Positions 1 through 13,130 of a stretch of 64,000 nt of DNA are shown one piece after another. Position 1 is the stretch's first letter. Each line of letters begins with the position of its first letter. The stretch comes from Trichinella spiralis. Its lineage: Eukaryota. The notes under the pieces were generated by a model that saw only the letters and a program-made list of their open reading frames with translations, searched no databases and had not been told where the DNA came from. The stretch is taken from positions 4,841,081 through 4,905,080 of the forward strand of contig NW_003526943.1 of the NCBI RefSeq assembly GCF_000181795.1. Reading direction: 5' to 3'. Position numbers and translations under genes: made by a program.

Positions 1-2
1 TC

Positions 3-2142
3 GATCTTCATATTTGAAAAACATTTAACTGTAAGTATATCACAAAAATTATTTATTCAACAAAACCGAAGTGATATGATTATTTTGATGGCATTTACGA
101 ATAAGCTTGCCATATCAAGCTAACCCGATGAAACAAAGAAAGAAATTGAATCAAAGGGCAGTAGGTTAACGATTTATATTTAAGCGATTCCCTTGGAAAA
201 CAATTTGCTTCCACTCTATTTATTATTTTTACAATGTTAGATGTTTCAAATAGCTAGCCGCTTTAAGCTAACTAATTGGGACATGAAAAATAAAAGTGAA
301 TTAAAAACAATGGAAATAGTTTGACGTTTGAAATATGATGTGACGTTCCTGCAAAAAACGGTTTTTCTTTTTACTATTCTCACAATTACTGTTTTAGAGG
401 GCTTGCATTTTTGAAGAAAGCAATTTGAACAAGCATCAAATTCAATTAAAGATAATGAACTTTTGACTTCAGTAAATTTGAAAATTGATATTTGTATATA
501 CCTTCAAATATCAAAAACTTCAGGGGTCTCCCCAACAAAACGTTCTTACAACGCTAAAGATTACAAGTGAGAATTATTTCTTAACAAAACTGGCCAATCA
601 CAGCTACTTATCCAAATGACGTTATAACAACTTGCATAATCCAGGAAAAAGTTGGGTTTTGCAAAATATTATTACTGCGTCCAATATGCGTGCAGAAAAG
701 TTTTCAAATTTAAAACTACAATAAGCACACATAAAAAACGATTTATATTATTCGTAAAAGCAATGTGTGCAGAGGTAAAAATATCATTCCTTAAAATGAA
801 GATTACCTTTAAAGTTCTCTGTACATCCTTTACAAAAACCATTCCCATGCACAAGAATATATTGCTTTTATTATGTATTACCTATTTCACGTTCAATTGA
901 AATTCCAACAATAATTCACATTTTTACTGTTTCACTTTACGCTTATATTATCAAGTAAAAACAGATAAAAGTTATTTAACTGAACTATTTTATTTAAAAT
1001 ATTAACATTTTCAAAATTTCTGTAAAACACTAAATAAAAAATTTCAATTTTAACTTCTCAGATATTTACTTATTAAATATTATTTATATTATTTACTGAA
1101 CACAATACATATTTACTTAAACTTCAAAATCCTATACAACCCTTCAAATACAAATTCGAAAAGAATTTAAATCTAAACTATTTTAATAGTTTAGTTAGGA
1201 AATTATTTAAAAAATGATTCCCAGTCAGAATTCAATTCCTCCAATTAGAAATTGAACCAAAAATCGAGCAAACGAGCAAATCGAGTAAACAAGCAAATCG
1301 AGCAGATAAACATTTAAATATGGTTCATATTTTACCCATAACTTGTTCACAATAGAAATTATTGGGTTTTGACAGATATTACTTTATTTAAAAGTTTAGT
1401 ACTGAAAAAATCCACGAGCATTACACAAATTGCATTCTAATGAAATATTTCTTCATTCCACATAATATTTAATTCCTACATTTAATTTATAAATTATTTA
1501 TTTATTTTTTGAGATCAATAATTTAAACGTCACACTTCAATTCCACAAGCGTAGATATGATTTTCAAATATCATCTTAAAATTATGCGTAACTAAAATCG
1601 AGCGGATGTAAACTGCACTATCATAATATTTTATTTTATTTCAAAAATAATTATATCAGTTTTGAATAATTTAAGCAATGAATAAATAACAATACTGAGA
1701 ATTTTGCTAATTGAAATGATGTTTTTATACGACTGGATTCAGTTACAAAACCCAATTTAAAATTCAAGTTTCTAGTAGAATAGACAGATTTTATTGTACA
1801 ATATTTCAAATACCTTTCAATTTGTTTGAAGGTAAATAAATCGTGTACAACAAATATTTGTTGTACAAAATTTTTGTCTTGGAAATCATAATGATTTCCT
1901 TTATATTTAGTTCATCCTAATCAAGAAGAATCTTTTAAAATTTTTTTTCGTTGCTTTTAAGTTGAAATGTTTGTTAAAAATATGTTCTATCACAAAATAT
2001 GTTTAATAATGTCATAGTAATCTAATTTTGATTTGCTTCACTTGAAAATAAAGTAAACAGAATTTACGATCAAAACTTTACTTGATGCTATATGGTTGCA
2101 AAAGCATATTAGGCAGAATGAACATAAGCAGTTATTCAATAA
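3..2142 (+). repeat. Segmental duplication, copy 1 (direct, near-identical to 56449-58588)
   Basis: Colinear match at a constant offset of 56446 (e.g. ORF 652-900 vs 57098-57346), with only scattered substitutions seen by eye. Confidence 0.97.
1660..1905 (+). repeat. Diverged, shortened copy of the dispersed triple-hairpin repeat
   Basis: Shares tgagaa...ttttgct and the terminal TACAAC..GTTGTA and GGAAATC..GATTTCC stems with 2790-3260 and 53295-53780. Confidence 0.7.
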
Positions 2143-2789
2143 AAAAACAAGCAACTGTTGAATTTATCCCATGTTGAATTTTAAAAAAATTTAAGAAACA
2201 TTTCACAATGAAAGCAACATAAATAAGCATTAGATATAGCAGAAATTGATATAACTTTCAAATTCACATTTTTATATAAATTATATTTAAATCAGCTATC
2301 ATACAATTCTTTCTTAATTGTATCACGTTATTTTTGCAGCTGCTGCTTCATAATTTTGAAGAAACGTCAATGATTAGTTCTAATTTTATTTCAGCTATAG
2401 ATTGACTTGGCTTTCTTGTGTGCACATCAAAATCATTTTTCAGAATTGATGTTTGCATAATTGTGTAATTATGAAAATGAAACTTTGAATTATTTATTCT
2501 CTTATTATTTAATAGTGTTGTCGCTCTGGAACATAACTACATAACAGGTGTATCTATTGCAGAGAGTGCTGAACTAGCTGAAATCACAAATACTATGAGA
2601 GATTCAAATATTACTTTAATTGATGTGAGTACTCTCAAAGAGAGATTATTAATTAATTGCTTAGTCTCAACAGAACTGATAATTGAATTAAAATTCTTCT
2701 GCGTAGGATTTTTTCTAATGCTAATTGCACATGATTTTTAGATGTTTGGGATTCACATACAGCTTTTTACTTAAATATAAATAATTACT

Positions 2790-3260
2790 ATTGAATATTT
2801 AAATATTATGAACGTAATGAGTGAATACAATGAATTTTCACTTTAAACAGTGATTGAGAACGGTTTTGCTGAATTGCTGACTAACTGTTAAAAAGTTATA
2901 ATTTGTCATTTGACTTTTAATAAATTTACTTGCATAGCAAACAAAACGGACTATTCAGCTTACAGTAATAAATTTATGGATGTGGTTACTTTTAACTATA
3001 CGTTTTTAATACACTGGATTATCTATGTAGAATTCAATTTTATTAACTGAATAGATCTGTCGTGCATGACAAAGATTTTAAAATATTTTTCAATTTTTTT
3101 CTCAACAAAACCTAAATTTCAAATTTGAATTTACAAAACAATATCATTAAAATGACTGAATTTTTACAGTCCTTTATTGCAACAAAGGTAAATAGATTTC
3201 ATACAACAAACTGTTGTATTAAATTTTTGTTATGGAAATCACATGGATTTCCTTTAACTG
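2790..3260 (+). repeat. Dispersed repeat of about 480 bp ending in three hairpins
   Basis: Colinear with 53295-53780 (gtgattgagaa..ggttttgctgaattgct..gactattcagcttaca..aactgaatagatctgtc..ggaaatcacatggattt). Confidence 0.9.
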
Positions 3261-4298
3261 AAGTGTGGTGCCATCAATGACAGTATGCAAAAGGTGGGAA
3301 GCTAAAATCTTATTAAGGAAAGTTTGAATTAAAATTTAAACACCTGTAAACTAGCTTCGTAATTGCCATTTTTAGGTTGCTTATTACAATTTTATTCATA
3401 GTATAGTGAACTATTTTCATGTTCATGTAATGTATGACACTGTTGCAGTTTGTGACACATTTGTGACACCAGTTTTTTTTGTCATCGCAATGTTGTGGCT
3501 AATCTTTTCTGAACACTTTACAATTTCTTAATCTACATCAGTAAGGTAGTTAAAAACCATTGTGGCATCTCTGATATTCAACTGCCAGGCACAATTCATG
3601 GTAGTTTGTGAGTTGAATCATTCCAACATTTTCTTGAAGTCTCATGCTATCACGGTCAGCTGAGCAGAAGGTATTCTTTGCATCAATTTTCTGTAGGGCT
3701 TCACACTTGCGGATATGAAGTGAATGTTTCCCTCAGCTGGAATATGCTACCTCATTATCTGGCATTGCAATCAACCAATGTGTTTTCGATGTAAAGTAGC
3801 CGGCATGGTCTAGCTGCTCATTAAGCAGTTAGTAGTTACGTTTGTCTTTGCTTTCGTTCTGTTGCATTTTACATTACCTCTCTAGTAAATCGACTGCTTA
3901 TAGTGTCTTCTGAGACTGCTTTCTTCATATTTTAGATGAATATAAGGACCTTGGCTAATGCCGTTGTTTGTTTGTTGCTTCTCATGTTCATTTTTATGCA
4001 TCTTCGATATGTCAATGGATACATCTATGTTCTCCACTTTCATTATAAATCTCGCATCTATTCTTCAAGCAGGTATTAGGGCCTGTCTCACTGTTGGCGT
4101 TGTTGGGGAGATTTCAGTTTTTTTAGTCTCAGTGTTAGCCAGTACCTTCATAATAGTTTAAATAAGTAATTTCAAACTTTTCTGAACTGCGGTTTAATGC
4201 CGAAAACGGTAATTTTTCACGACCCACCTGCTTGCAATGCATATTTTAGAAGGGAAGTGAGTTAAATGAAAAATATTAGTTTAGCACTTTTCAATTTT

Positions 4299-4571
4299 TT
4301 AATTAACATACCTTATTATAATGTATAAGTTTATTAGCGTAATGCACCATGAAGTAAGTGTGTGCGAACAATGGGTTTCTCTTTTGTTTTCATTGATGAC
4401 TTCTTTGACATCCTCACCAACACTTTTGGGATTTAGACGCACGATGTTGGATGATTGTAGCTTATCCCGAAATTTGCTTTGAATGCCAATCATTGCTGAA
4501 AATTCCGTTTCGCACATGTACTTAGTAGTAAAAGGAAGTAGCACTTCTAATGCTGCGGTGGAAACAGTCAA
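4299..4571 (-). mobile_element. hAT (Charlie/Buster-like) transposase C-terminal dimerisation fragment
   Basis: VLLPFTTKYMCETEFSAM..QSKFRDKL matches the hAT C-terminal motif LLPFxTTYLCExGFSxx..KTKYRNRL; 5' truncated. Confidence 0.8.
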
Positions 4572-5109
4572 AAAATGTGTTTTAAGCTGATAGCAAAAAC
4601 TGAGTTAATTCATCTTTTACTATCAAAACTCATTTTAAACGAAGAATTTTCAGACAAATTGATTAACTATTTGTCCGCCTTTGTGAATATGCCAGTATCC
4701 ATAGCATCGGCATGTGTGATTTTTGGCAGAAGGAATAATCTCACCCTCGAATCCAGGGCTGTGCAGTGCGTTGGTTTAAAGATACAGTAACAGCACTGCT
4801 GCCATTCCACTGGCACACAAACACTTCACCATCACATCTATTGCCGAAAAAGTCTCCGCTTTTATAACAACTAGTTCATTCATCAGGAGTGGGACAGATT
4901 TTGTTCTTGCTCTGCGAATAGTTCGCGCTGCTTTAATGATTTTGGTTGCTAATGAGTTTGGAGCTTCTATTGATATTAAAAAGTTGTTAAAATGTGTTTG
5001 TTTGTTTACTGCACTGGTTATATTTGAAATCATTCTCATGGTTGTTCTGATGAGATGTGACTCTTCATTCTTCTTGTTGTCTTCTATGCTTATTACACTT
5101 CCATAATGT

Positions 5110-5430
5110 ATGGATATCTATTTGATGATGAAAGTACATATACTTTGTGGCCAAATCAGATATGCTTGACTTGCAACGCGACAGATAGTAGATGAGAAGT
5201 ACATGGAAGTCACCGAACTTAGACAAAAGGCGTGCATATCAAAAGAACATGTGCTGGTATAATTCTCTGATGGACTGGAAGTAAACTGGGCATTCAACGC
5301 GGTACGCATGGTCAATCCGCAGACCTTGGAAGAGGTGCGTTAAATTGCTTAACGAGTGGTACGTATCGTTAATGCAGCGCGAGCATGCGAATCTTGCGAG
5401 AATAGCGGTGCACTGCTGCAAGAAATATAC
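5110..5430 (+). mobile_element. Possible highly decayed retroelement (BEL/Pao gag-like) relic
   Basis: GC-elevated island with interrupted coding-like frames (QIVDEKYMEVTELRQKA..); weak resemblance only. Confidence 0.25.
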
Positions 5431-6352
5431 CGCCAAATAAATGCATTAAGTATAAAATTAGATAAATTTCACGAACCTTCTACGAGTTCATTTTAAATAC
5501 ATAAGCAACTGAGTTGAAGCTTCTTAATTTCAACAAAACTGAATGACAGCAATATTGCTTTGTGTTTGAATGCAGTGAATTCTCCCTAATTGACTTTTAC
5601 GTAATTATGTTTGCGGCAAAACTTAATTAACAAATTGAGAATATGTAGTTGCAAAAATTAATTTCTATTAAAATTTTTAAGTAAAATTTTTAGAAAACAT
5701 TCACTTATCAAAATTTCAATGAAAAGAATGTATAAATAAAAATATTTCGAGTTGTTAAGTAATATTTGAAATAATTATACAAAAAATTTCTAATTTCATA
5801 GAATTGTAACAAGAATCGTTAATTAACTTGAATTGTAATGAACGTGATAAAAGAATTTTTGAGAGTATTTTTTCCATTTGCTCCTTAGTTGAAGTATATA
5901 CTTATCTCGTACAAGCTTGTTGCAGATCAAACTACAAATATGTGAAATTGTGGACACAATTTACTACAACTACAAAATTCTCAGCGATTTTCCTGAACGA
6001 CTCGCCGCTGTCCACCCGTTTGCACACTTCCTGTTTTGCCGTAAACTCAAAACCTTTTTGTTTCTAGTCGTTGGCATACCGGGCAAAAAATTTGAAAACA
6101 GCAGAATGTAAGAATAATAGTAAAACGCAGCTTGAATTTAGTATTCATTAACAATGCATTTTAAACAGGCGGCCAAAATGACTTTGGATAATCAGTGATC
6201 GAAGCATCAAAGTTCCACTCTATTGTTTACGTAATAAGTTGAGGAAGTATTCGCTGTGATCAAAATATTCATGAATAAAATTGAAATTATACGAGTTTGA
6301 AAGTTCAATTCAGTGGCATTTAATTGAGCAAGATATTTTGAAAATAATAACT

Positions 6353-9300
6353 TTATTGTTGGATGTAGTGAACAATTTTCGCGTTGATATAATCTATCGC
6401 GTAAATATGATTTTTTGCGACGGTCATATCTGACCAAAGAAACTGCTGATCAGCGTTGAGAGTCTTCAAGAACTGACCATCCTTTGTGAATACATCCACT
6501 GAGCTGGAACCTCGTTTTGCAGCAAACACGTTGTCGCTTGCATCTACACCAATTCCCAGCCCGTAAACGGAGTTTTCCGTTGGTTGAATTGCAGTGACGT
6601 TTCCATTTTGCACGTCAAGCAAGTAAACAGCATCGTCGCAGCTAATATGGAGTAAATTTTCAATGCACAACAAATATCTACAGTCCAATTTTGAGGGTTG
6701 ATTTTTATAAAAACTAATCGTTCCTAAATTGTTGAGGAAGGAGTCGAGCAAATGTATATACGGGCCTCCTTCAACTAGTACATAAATGCGGTCGTCCATG
6801 CAGACCGAAACACCTCTGGTTGCTCCATGGACGTGCCGTTCAGCTAAACGTTCTCCGGTTGATCTCATTTTGATAACTTTTTCATGCTTTGCATCTACAC
6901 TGACAATATCTCCGTTGGACATGATGTCCAAATCAAATAATGTACAACCATCACAATTCAGTACTGTCAATTTTTTCAAAGTTTCTGGTTCAAGCAGTAC
7001 GATCTGACCAAAGGTGTACGAACACACGGCCAAGATGTGATTGCGTAATGTCATCCCGGACGCTTTGCCGAAATGGTCTAATTCCAATTCATTTATCATA
7101 ACTAGTTGCACAGATTCTTGGTCTTCAATTACAATCGTCGGTTTTACGTGCAACGTGAATCGGGATTTTCCTGGATCGACGGCCACAGCCCCACTCCGAC
7201 CCGAGGTAATGAAGCCAATCGCTTTTGACTGCACGCTTTCTGTCCACGGGGATTGTTCAGTCCAAGATTCGAAGTTGAAAGTTCTCGGTGTGATTAGCAC
7301 ATCTTCAGCGCTGTCGCTTTCAGGTGGTTCTTCAACCGTGCTTTCTCGAATTGGTGGAGGTGGTTCACTCCAGATGACCGTTGTATTCAGCATTCTACTT
7401 GAATTGTTTTCTGCTTCTGTTGTCGGCAGAGATGACTGATGTTCCAGATGTCGGCTTGTTGTCGCTCTTGATGAAAAAGCTAAAACTGCTTCTAATTATA
7501 TTAATTGTATAAATTAAAACTTTTACTACTTGTATTACTACTTTGTGTTGTTTTTATGGCAATTTTTGCATCAAAAAGTTCTGAGAATTGTAAATTGAAG
7601 ATTTTTAAATTTTGTATTTTTGAATTGTTGTAACTAGGAACATTAACCACTTTATGTGTAATAGTTATAATTAGTTACAGCATTATTATGGTCATAATAT
7701 TATTGCATATATTCATGGTAATTGATGATAAGTGAAAAATAGAATTTATACATTTTAATTCAAATTTTTTGTACCAAATTATAACTAAAATTCAGATTGT
7801 TTCCAGCTGAATCATAGTATTTATTTGCTTGCATATGAAATGTTTTAGATCATTTTCTAAGATGTTTTCATTTTTACAAGGATTTGCACTTGTATACAGC
7901 AGTAGCATATTTCAAAAATTATTTAAAAGCATAAAATTCAGTATTGATGATCATGTGATAAGCGTTTATTTGATTGCACGTTTTGTTGTCAATAAAATCA
8001 ACCAACAGTATAAATTTCTTCTGAAAAAATAGTTCTACAACAAATTGGTGGTGATATATCATAAATTGCAAACTTCCAGCAGCATAAATCGTGTGCAAGC
8101 AAGCTAAAGTAAGCATAAGTAAAAATAACTTTCATGATCTCCACGATGACGTAATACAGTTGTAAATTATGATATTTTGTTTTTAGAAAAAGAAAATATT
8201 AACAGTTTAAATAAAGAGGAATAAGAATAGCTGCATTTCACAACAGATGCGCATTGTGTGAATTTCTTAAGATGCGGTCATTAGATGCCTGTTTGACGCA
8301 TTCCATGTTAGTACAAGGTCAACAGATGACAATAAATATCGGTAACTTGTTCATAACAGTAAACAACAATACATCTTGGATGAAAGGTTGAAAAGGATAT
8401 TGTTTGAATTGATTTGATTAATTCACATTTACTAAAAATAACTTGCTATTTTTATCGTTTATTTTCTTTTATACGTTCCAGGCTCTGATTGCCCATTTCC
8501 ACTGTCCAGTATTTAATCAATTTACTTCTTATTTTCCCTTCAACTGGTAACTAGTGCACAATTGAAATACGTTGGAATAGAAAAAACGAACCAAAGAATG
8601 CTAATCGTCAAGCAGCTGTTGAGAAAAATGTTTCATTCAATCAAAAAAGCAAGCAAACAAACATGCAAAAAAACAACATTTTTTCCTGTCAAAACTTTGA
8701 TTTTAAATTTCTAATCACAATGAAATATATTGAAATGAATACTATTTTCATTAAACAGTCAAGCATCTTAGTAATTATACCAAAAAAAATAAATAAATGC
8801 ATAACACAATCAAAGATCTATTTTAAAAATGAATAGAATATAATATTGTTGATAATGATCGATGATTGAAAAGAAAATAATTTAACCGTGTTATGTTAAT
8901 TTTCACTGTCAACAAAACAAACACTTTTTAGCTTAATGAAGCACAACAATGCAATCTGCAATGCTGTTCTAACGTGAAAAAGGGTATAATTATTACGCTA
9001 ATACTTTCATAAGCATAATGATTTGTAATGAAATTGAGAAATAGTAAAATAGAAAAAAAATTTTTTTAAGCACAATCACGATAGTGCAATTTGGAATTTA
9101 AATTTGAAATAGCTGAAGTATTTTTCAATCACTATGTTGAAAATTGTTGAAATTTTATCATTGCCGATTGAAGTCAATTACAGTTTTAAAAAAAATATTT
9201 TTAGTTCAACGAAAAAGACTGATTGTCAAGATGTTCCCTATAAGGAATAATTGAAAATTTATCCAATAAATTTGTAGTGAAATATTTGAAATATGAATTG

Positions 9301-9963
9301 AATAGATGATAATGAAGATTTTTTGTTGTTGCTTAAAATAAGCATAATTTTTGATAATAAAATGAAAATTCGAGCAAATAGATTTGAGTGTGTTTTCAAT
9401 TGAAATTATCAAAAGGCAAGAATTATTGTCTAAGTATGAAACAATTGCTTGATTGTATATTGATAATTTTCAAGTTGTTGCAGGTCATTTCTGAAGTATA
9501 TGTTGAACATCTTGTTGTTTGTCATGAAAGCGACAGCCGCTTCTCAATGATTCCGACACAAGGAGGTCGACTTCAAACGACCGTTAAACGGTTTTCATAT
9601 GTTCTGTCAAACCTTCACCGTCTAATGAACTAGTCTCAGACAGACGAAACATGTAAGATCTATTTTCATAATATGCAAATATGCACATATAGATATGCAT
9701 ATATGAATTATCTGGATAGAAGTCATCTTCTCAGTAATTTGAATAATAAATATTTTAAATTAAAGTAGAAAAACGAATAAAATAACCAACAAATTATAAA
9801 TCTTACTTGTGCTTGTAATGGGCATTATTGTTGTTTCAAGTGTTGCAGTTTGGGGAGAAATTTTCGTTTTGGTGGGTAAAAGGGCGAAAAACAAGCCAAT
9901 GCCGATCAGGCTAACAATGCCAATCGAGGCGACAGTGATCAAAGCCACAGGTAAAGCTTTCAT
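6353..9963 (-). CDS. Membrane-anchored NHL-like beta-propeller protein (exons about 9963-9807, possible small exon about 7580-7527, about 7465-6353)
   Basis: Exon 1 encodes the hydrophobic anchor MKALPVALITVASIGIVSLIGIGLFFALL and ends at a GTAAG donor (9806). The last exon encodes a S/T/P/E-rich stalk followed by NHL-like blades (DLDIMSNGDIVSVD, GVSVCMDDRIYV, GIGVDASDNVFAA, VDVFTKDGQFLKTL). Joining of the exons is inferred. Confidence 0.7.
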
Positions 9964-10849
9964 ATCTTCGCATCTAGAAACGCTGGCAACGACAATGCAG
10001 AATATTTGCCAACGTCAAGAGCGGAGATTCAAGCAGCTCATCTTGCTTGTGGAATATTTTTGATACTGCTGGCGTTGGTTGGAAACTTCTCACTAGATGT
10101 CACAGCAAAAGAAGTACTTTGACAACGGCAAGGTCGACGAAACTTGCCAGCCGTAACAAACCTACAACGAACGGCTTCTTCAACAGGCAGACGACTGACA
10201 GACTGCTTGTCACGCTCTGTTGAAAACTTGCCCACCAAAAATTTCCACCAAAACAATGCAAAATCCGTACCAACTAGCTTTTGTTGATTTAAAAAAAACT
10301 GTAATTTGAAAATTGCTATTTGATTTAATTTCTCAAAAAAAAAACATTCATTCCATCAGCAGAGTGCATTGTATACATTCTTGTAGGCAATTTTGATCCT
10401 GTGCAAAGGTTTCCATTTTCAACAAAGTTAGTAGTTCAAAAGTGAATGCAATGCACTATATTTCCATCAGCACGTTGCAGATAAAAAAATAATAAGAATA
10501 AGCTTAATACGAACAAGCATTGATTTTCATCGTTTTTCACCAATTGATCACACAGTTCAAATAAATAAATTTACACAAATAAACATTTCTGCAATTTTAT
10601 TTTTTAAATTTAATTGTTTCTTCAATTGTCAATTGATTAGTTTGATTTGTTGTAGCATCGATTTTTTCTCAACATTCTCATCATTGACGTTATGAATATA
10701 TGAAAAAATAAAAATAAGCAGCAATTGTTGTGCTTGTAAGAAAAGGAAACAAATAGCTTTATCCATTCCTGTAATATCTTTTATTTGTCATCACTTATCA
10801 ATGGAAATTTTTCAATAGTTCTTTTTTTTAATTTTATAAATTACACTGT

Positions 10850-11712
10850 GTAAAAAATGCCACGGTTTGGTCCCACTTGGGCTCAATTTTATTCCCATTC
10901 GGTCCCACTTTTCATTTATTGGTCGTTGTACTCGCTATTTTATTATTGGTCGTTGACCTCGCTATCTTATTAGACCGTAAAGTCTTTGTCGTATTGGTTT
11001 TCCTTGTCTAATTGCTCATTGATTCAAATCTTTCCCTTGTGATTAGCTGTAATATTTTTTCATTTCATTGGTTCAAATATTCCATTTAGGATTACGTAAC
11101 TTTAATAATAGTGACGTAACATAAAAAATGAAGATATTTATTATTCCAAAATTATATTGTCTGTTTGAAGTTTCATCATTCATTGAAATTTTGTTTATTT
11201 AAATATATTATTTGTTGTGTAGTCTATACTTTTTCATTATCAGTATTTTTGAAAATAATTTTTATCATTGTTCTCTATTGTATTGTACCAAAGTGACGTT
11301 ATATCAAATGCGATAGTAATAATTCAGAAAAAACAATACAAAAAATAAGTTAAATAGTGATTTTTATTTTTCACTAGCCAACAGCACTAACAACAACAAT
11401 AGTAAACAACATATCAGTGAACGACATTAACAAAGTGGTATCAGGGCTATTTCAAAATTACAAATTATTGTTTGTGGATAAAGATTGACGCTAAGGACAG
11501 CCGCTTTGTTTATTGAAGCTTGAAAAATAAACTCTTATTTGCCAATATCTTTAACCGTACCTAGCAACAGACTACTGGCACCAGCTTACTCGCCACAATT
11601 TCATGGATGGTAAAATGGTATTGATATCATTGGTACAACTGTGAATGTACCATCGGTACCCTAAGTGTCTATACCGGATTTTCCAACTGAAATATAATCT
11701 GCTCCCCACTGT
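10850..11712 (+). repeat. Dispersed repeat family copy (putative non-autonomous DNA transposon)
   Basis: 11013-11370 matches 61188-61530 directly and 12765-13100 in inverted orientation. This copy and the 61 kb copy both have GAAATATA(A)ATCTGC(T)CCCC just before a short N gap. Confidence 0.75.
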
Positions 11713-11722
11713 NNNNNNNNNN

Positions 11723-12470
11723 ACGGAAAACAGTTACTCTTCTCACTTAGATGATGGTTCACCACTTGCATGGACAAATACGGTGAGCAGACGAGACCAA
11801 AACACACTCTTGTCAGTCGGTACGTCGCAAGAGTACCTCCCGGTCCAGAATTCTTCCAAAGAAAACGGCAAACATCACGGTCCTCCTCGTGCAAGCCCAC
11901 TTGTGATGTCAGATTGAAGGGCCACTCGAAAACGCCAGAATCGAAGCAGGATTCCCAGCAAGTCAGCCTGCAGCTTCGGTCCTGAGTCGAGCTGCTCATT
12001 CAGAGACGTTCCTTCGAACTTCACTGAGCCATCAACAACAATGCGATGCTTCATCGCCTCTGGTCCCTGTTGGCTGACAATGTGATGAGGAGGTAACACG
12101 TCTGTCCCTTGGGTCCTTTCGACGTGACCTCCTCAGCCCAACCATTCTCGAAGTAGCTCCGGGAATAGACGAACGCACGCTCCATCTTGATGGCTCTCAG
12201 GCTATCCGTCGTTTGAGTGTCTCGAGACGCCATTTCGCAACAGCGAAGTTATCAGGCAGGTCCCATTGGTTCTTTCTCCAGAGCAGTCGTACCGAATGGC
12301 GAGTTTCATCATTTCTTTCCGATTCACGCTTTCCTGATGGTATTATAACAATCAAACAACGGTCAGTAAGTATTGTTTTTATTGGGGACTGCCGCCGACG
12401 GTGCGTTACAGCAAGCTTCTTCAACCACACAACAACGACTATGCACACGTACCTCGGTACTACCATACTC
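11723..12470 (-). mobile_element. BEL/Pao LTR-retrotransposon pol fragment (RT region), frameshifted
   Basis: Pao RT motifs split over several frames: LLWRKNQWDLPDNFAVAKWRL; PPHHIV..HRIVVDGSVKFEGTSLNEQLDSGPKLQADLLGILLRF; QVGLHEEDRDVCRFLW..YRLTRVCFGLVCSPYL. Confidence 0.92.
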
Positions 12471-12764
12471 CACCTCTGATCTTCAAGTCCAAGTCTGCAT
12501 ACGGTAGCTTCACCTTTCTTCCGCTTCGTTGTCTGGAGGAAAAGAGTTATTAGCTCGGTCCGCGTCCGCTACAAAGGCTTAGGAACAGATGCAAAGGTGC
12601 ACTGATAAGCCACAAGATAGTAAATGAACATAATCACTCAGATTGCTCGTGCACTTTCTCGCCAATTCGACCATTACTTCCTCATTCTACAGTAAGCACC
12701 GTAGCCTGCGTTCAAGTACAGACCACCAGGTTCACTGACGAATAATTTCCAACATCAAATATTG

Positions 12765-13130
12765 ATAAAAATTGTTTTCAAAATCCTGATCACTAATAGG
12801 TATAAACTTCAAAATAAATAATATAATAGAAAAACGAAATTTGTATGAATGATAAATCTTCATAAATTTTGATAAAAACAAACTCAATAATGTTTTTGAT
12901 TAATAAAAGTTTTTAATACTAATGTTTCATCACTGCTATTAAAGTCACGTAATCCTAAATGAAAATATTTGAATCAATGAAATAAGCAAATATTGCAGCT
13001 AATTACAACTAGACATTGAACAATTAATTCAACAAGGACAACCAATAAGACAAAGGTACGACGGTAAAAAAGGGTAACGCGTTCAAAGACCAGTAAGAAA
13101 ACGCGGTGAAAATTTTGGACGAATAAGACC
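12765..13130 (-). repeat. Inverted, diverged copy of the 10.9-11.3 kb repeat; another partial direct copy at about 13140-13270
   Basis: The reverse complement reads ...ctttgtcttattggttgtccttg...attagctgcaatattt...atttcattgattcaaatattttcatttaggattacgtgactttaata..., matching 10983-11120. Confidence 0.8.

Noticed and set aside
652..900. 82-aa ORF, also present at 57098-57346
   Set aside because: Conserved only because it lies inside the near-identical duplication; non-ATG start and no motif.
1262..1304. AATCGAGCA-like short repeats resembling a CRISPR or iteron array
   Set aside because: Degenerate 8-9 bp tandem with no spacers, in a eukaryotic context.
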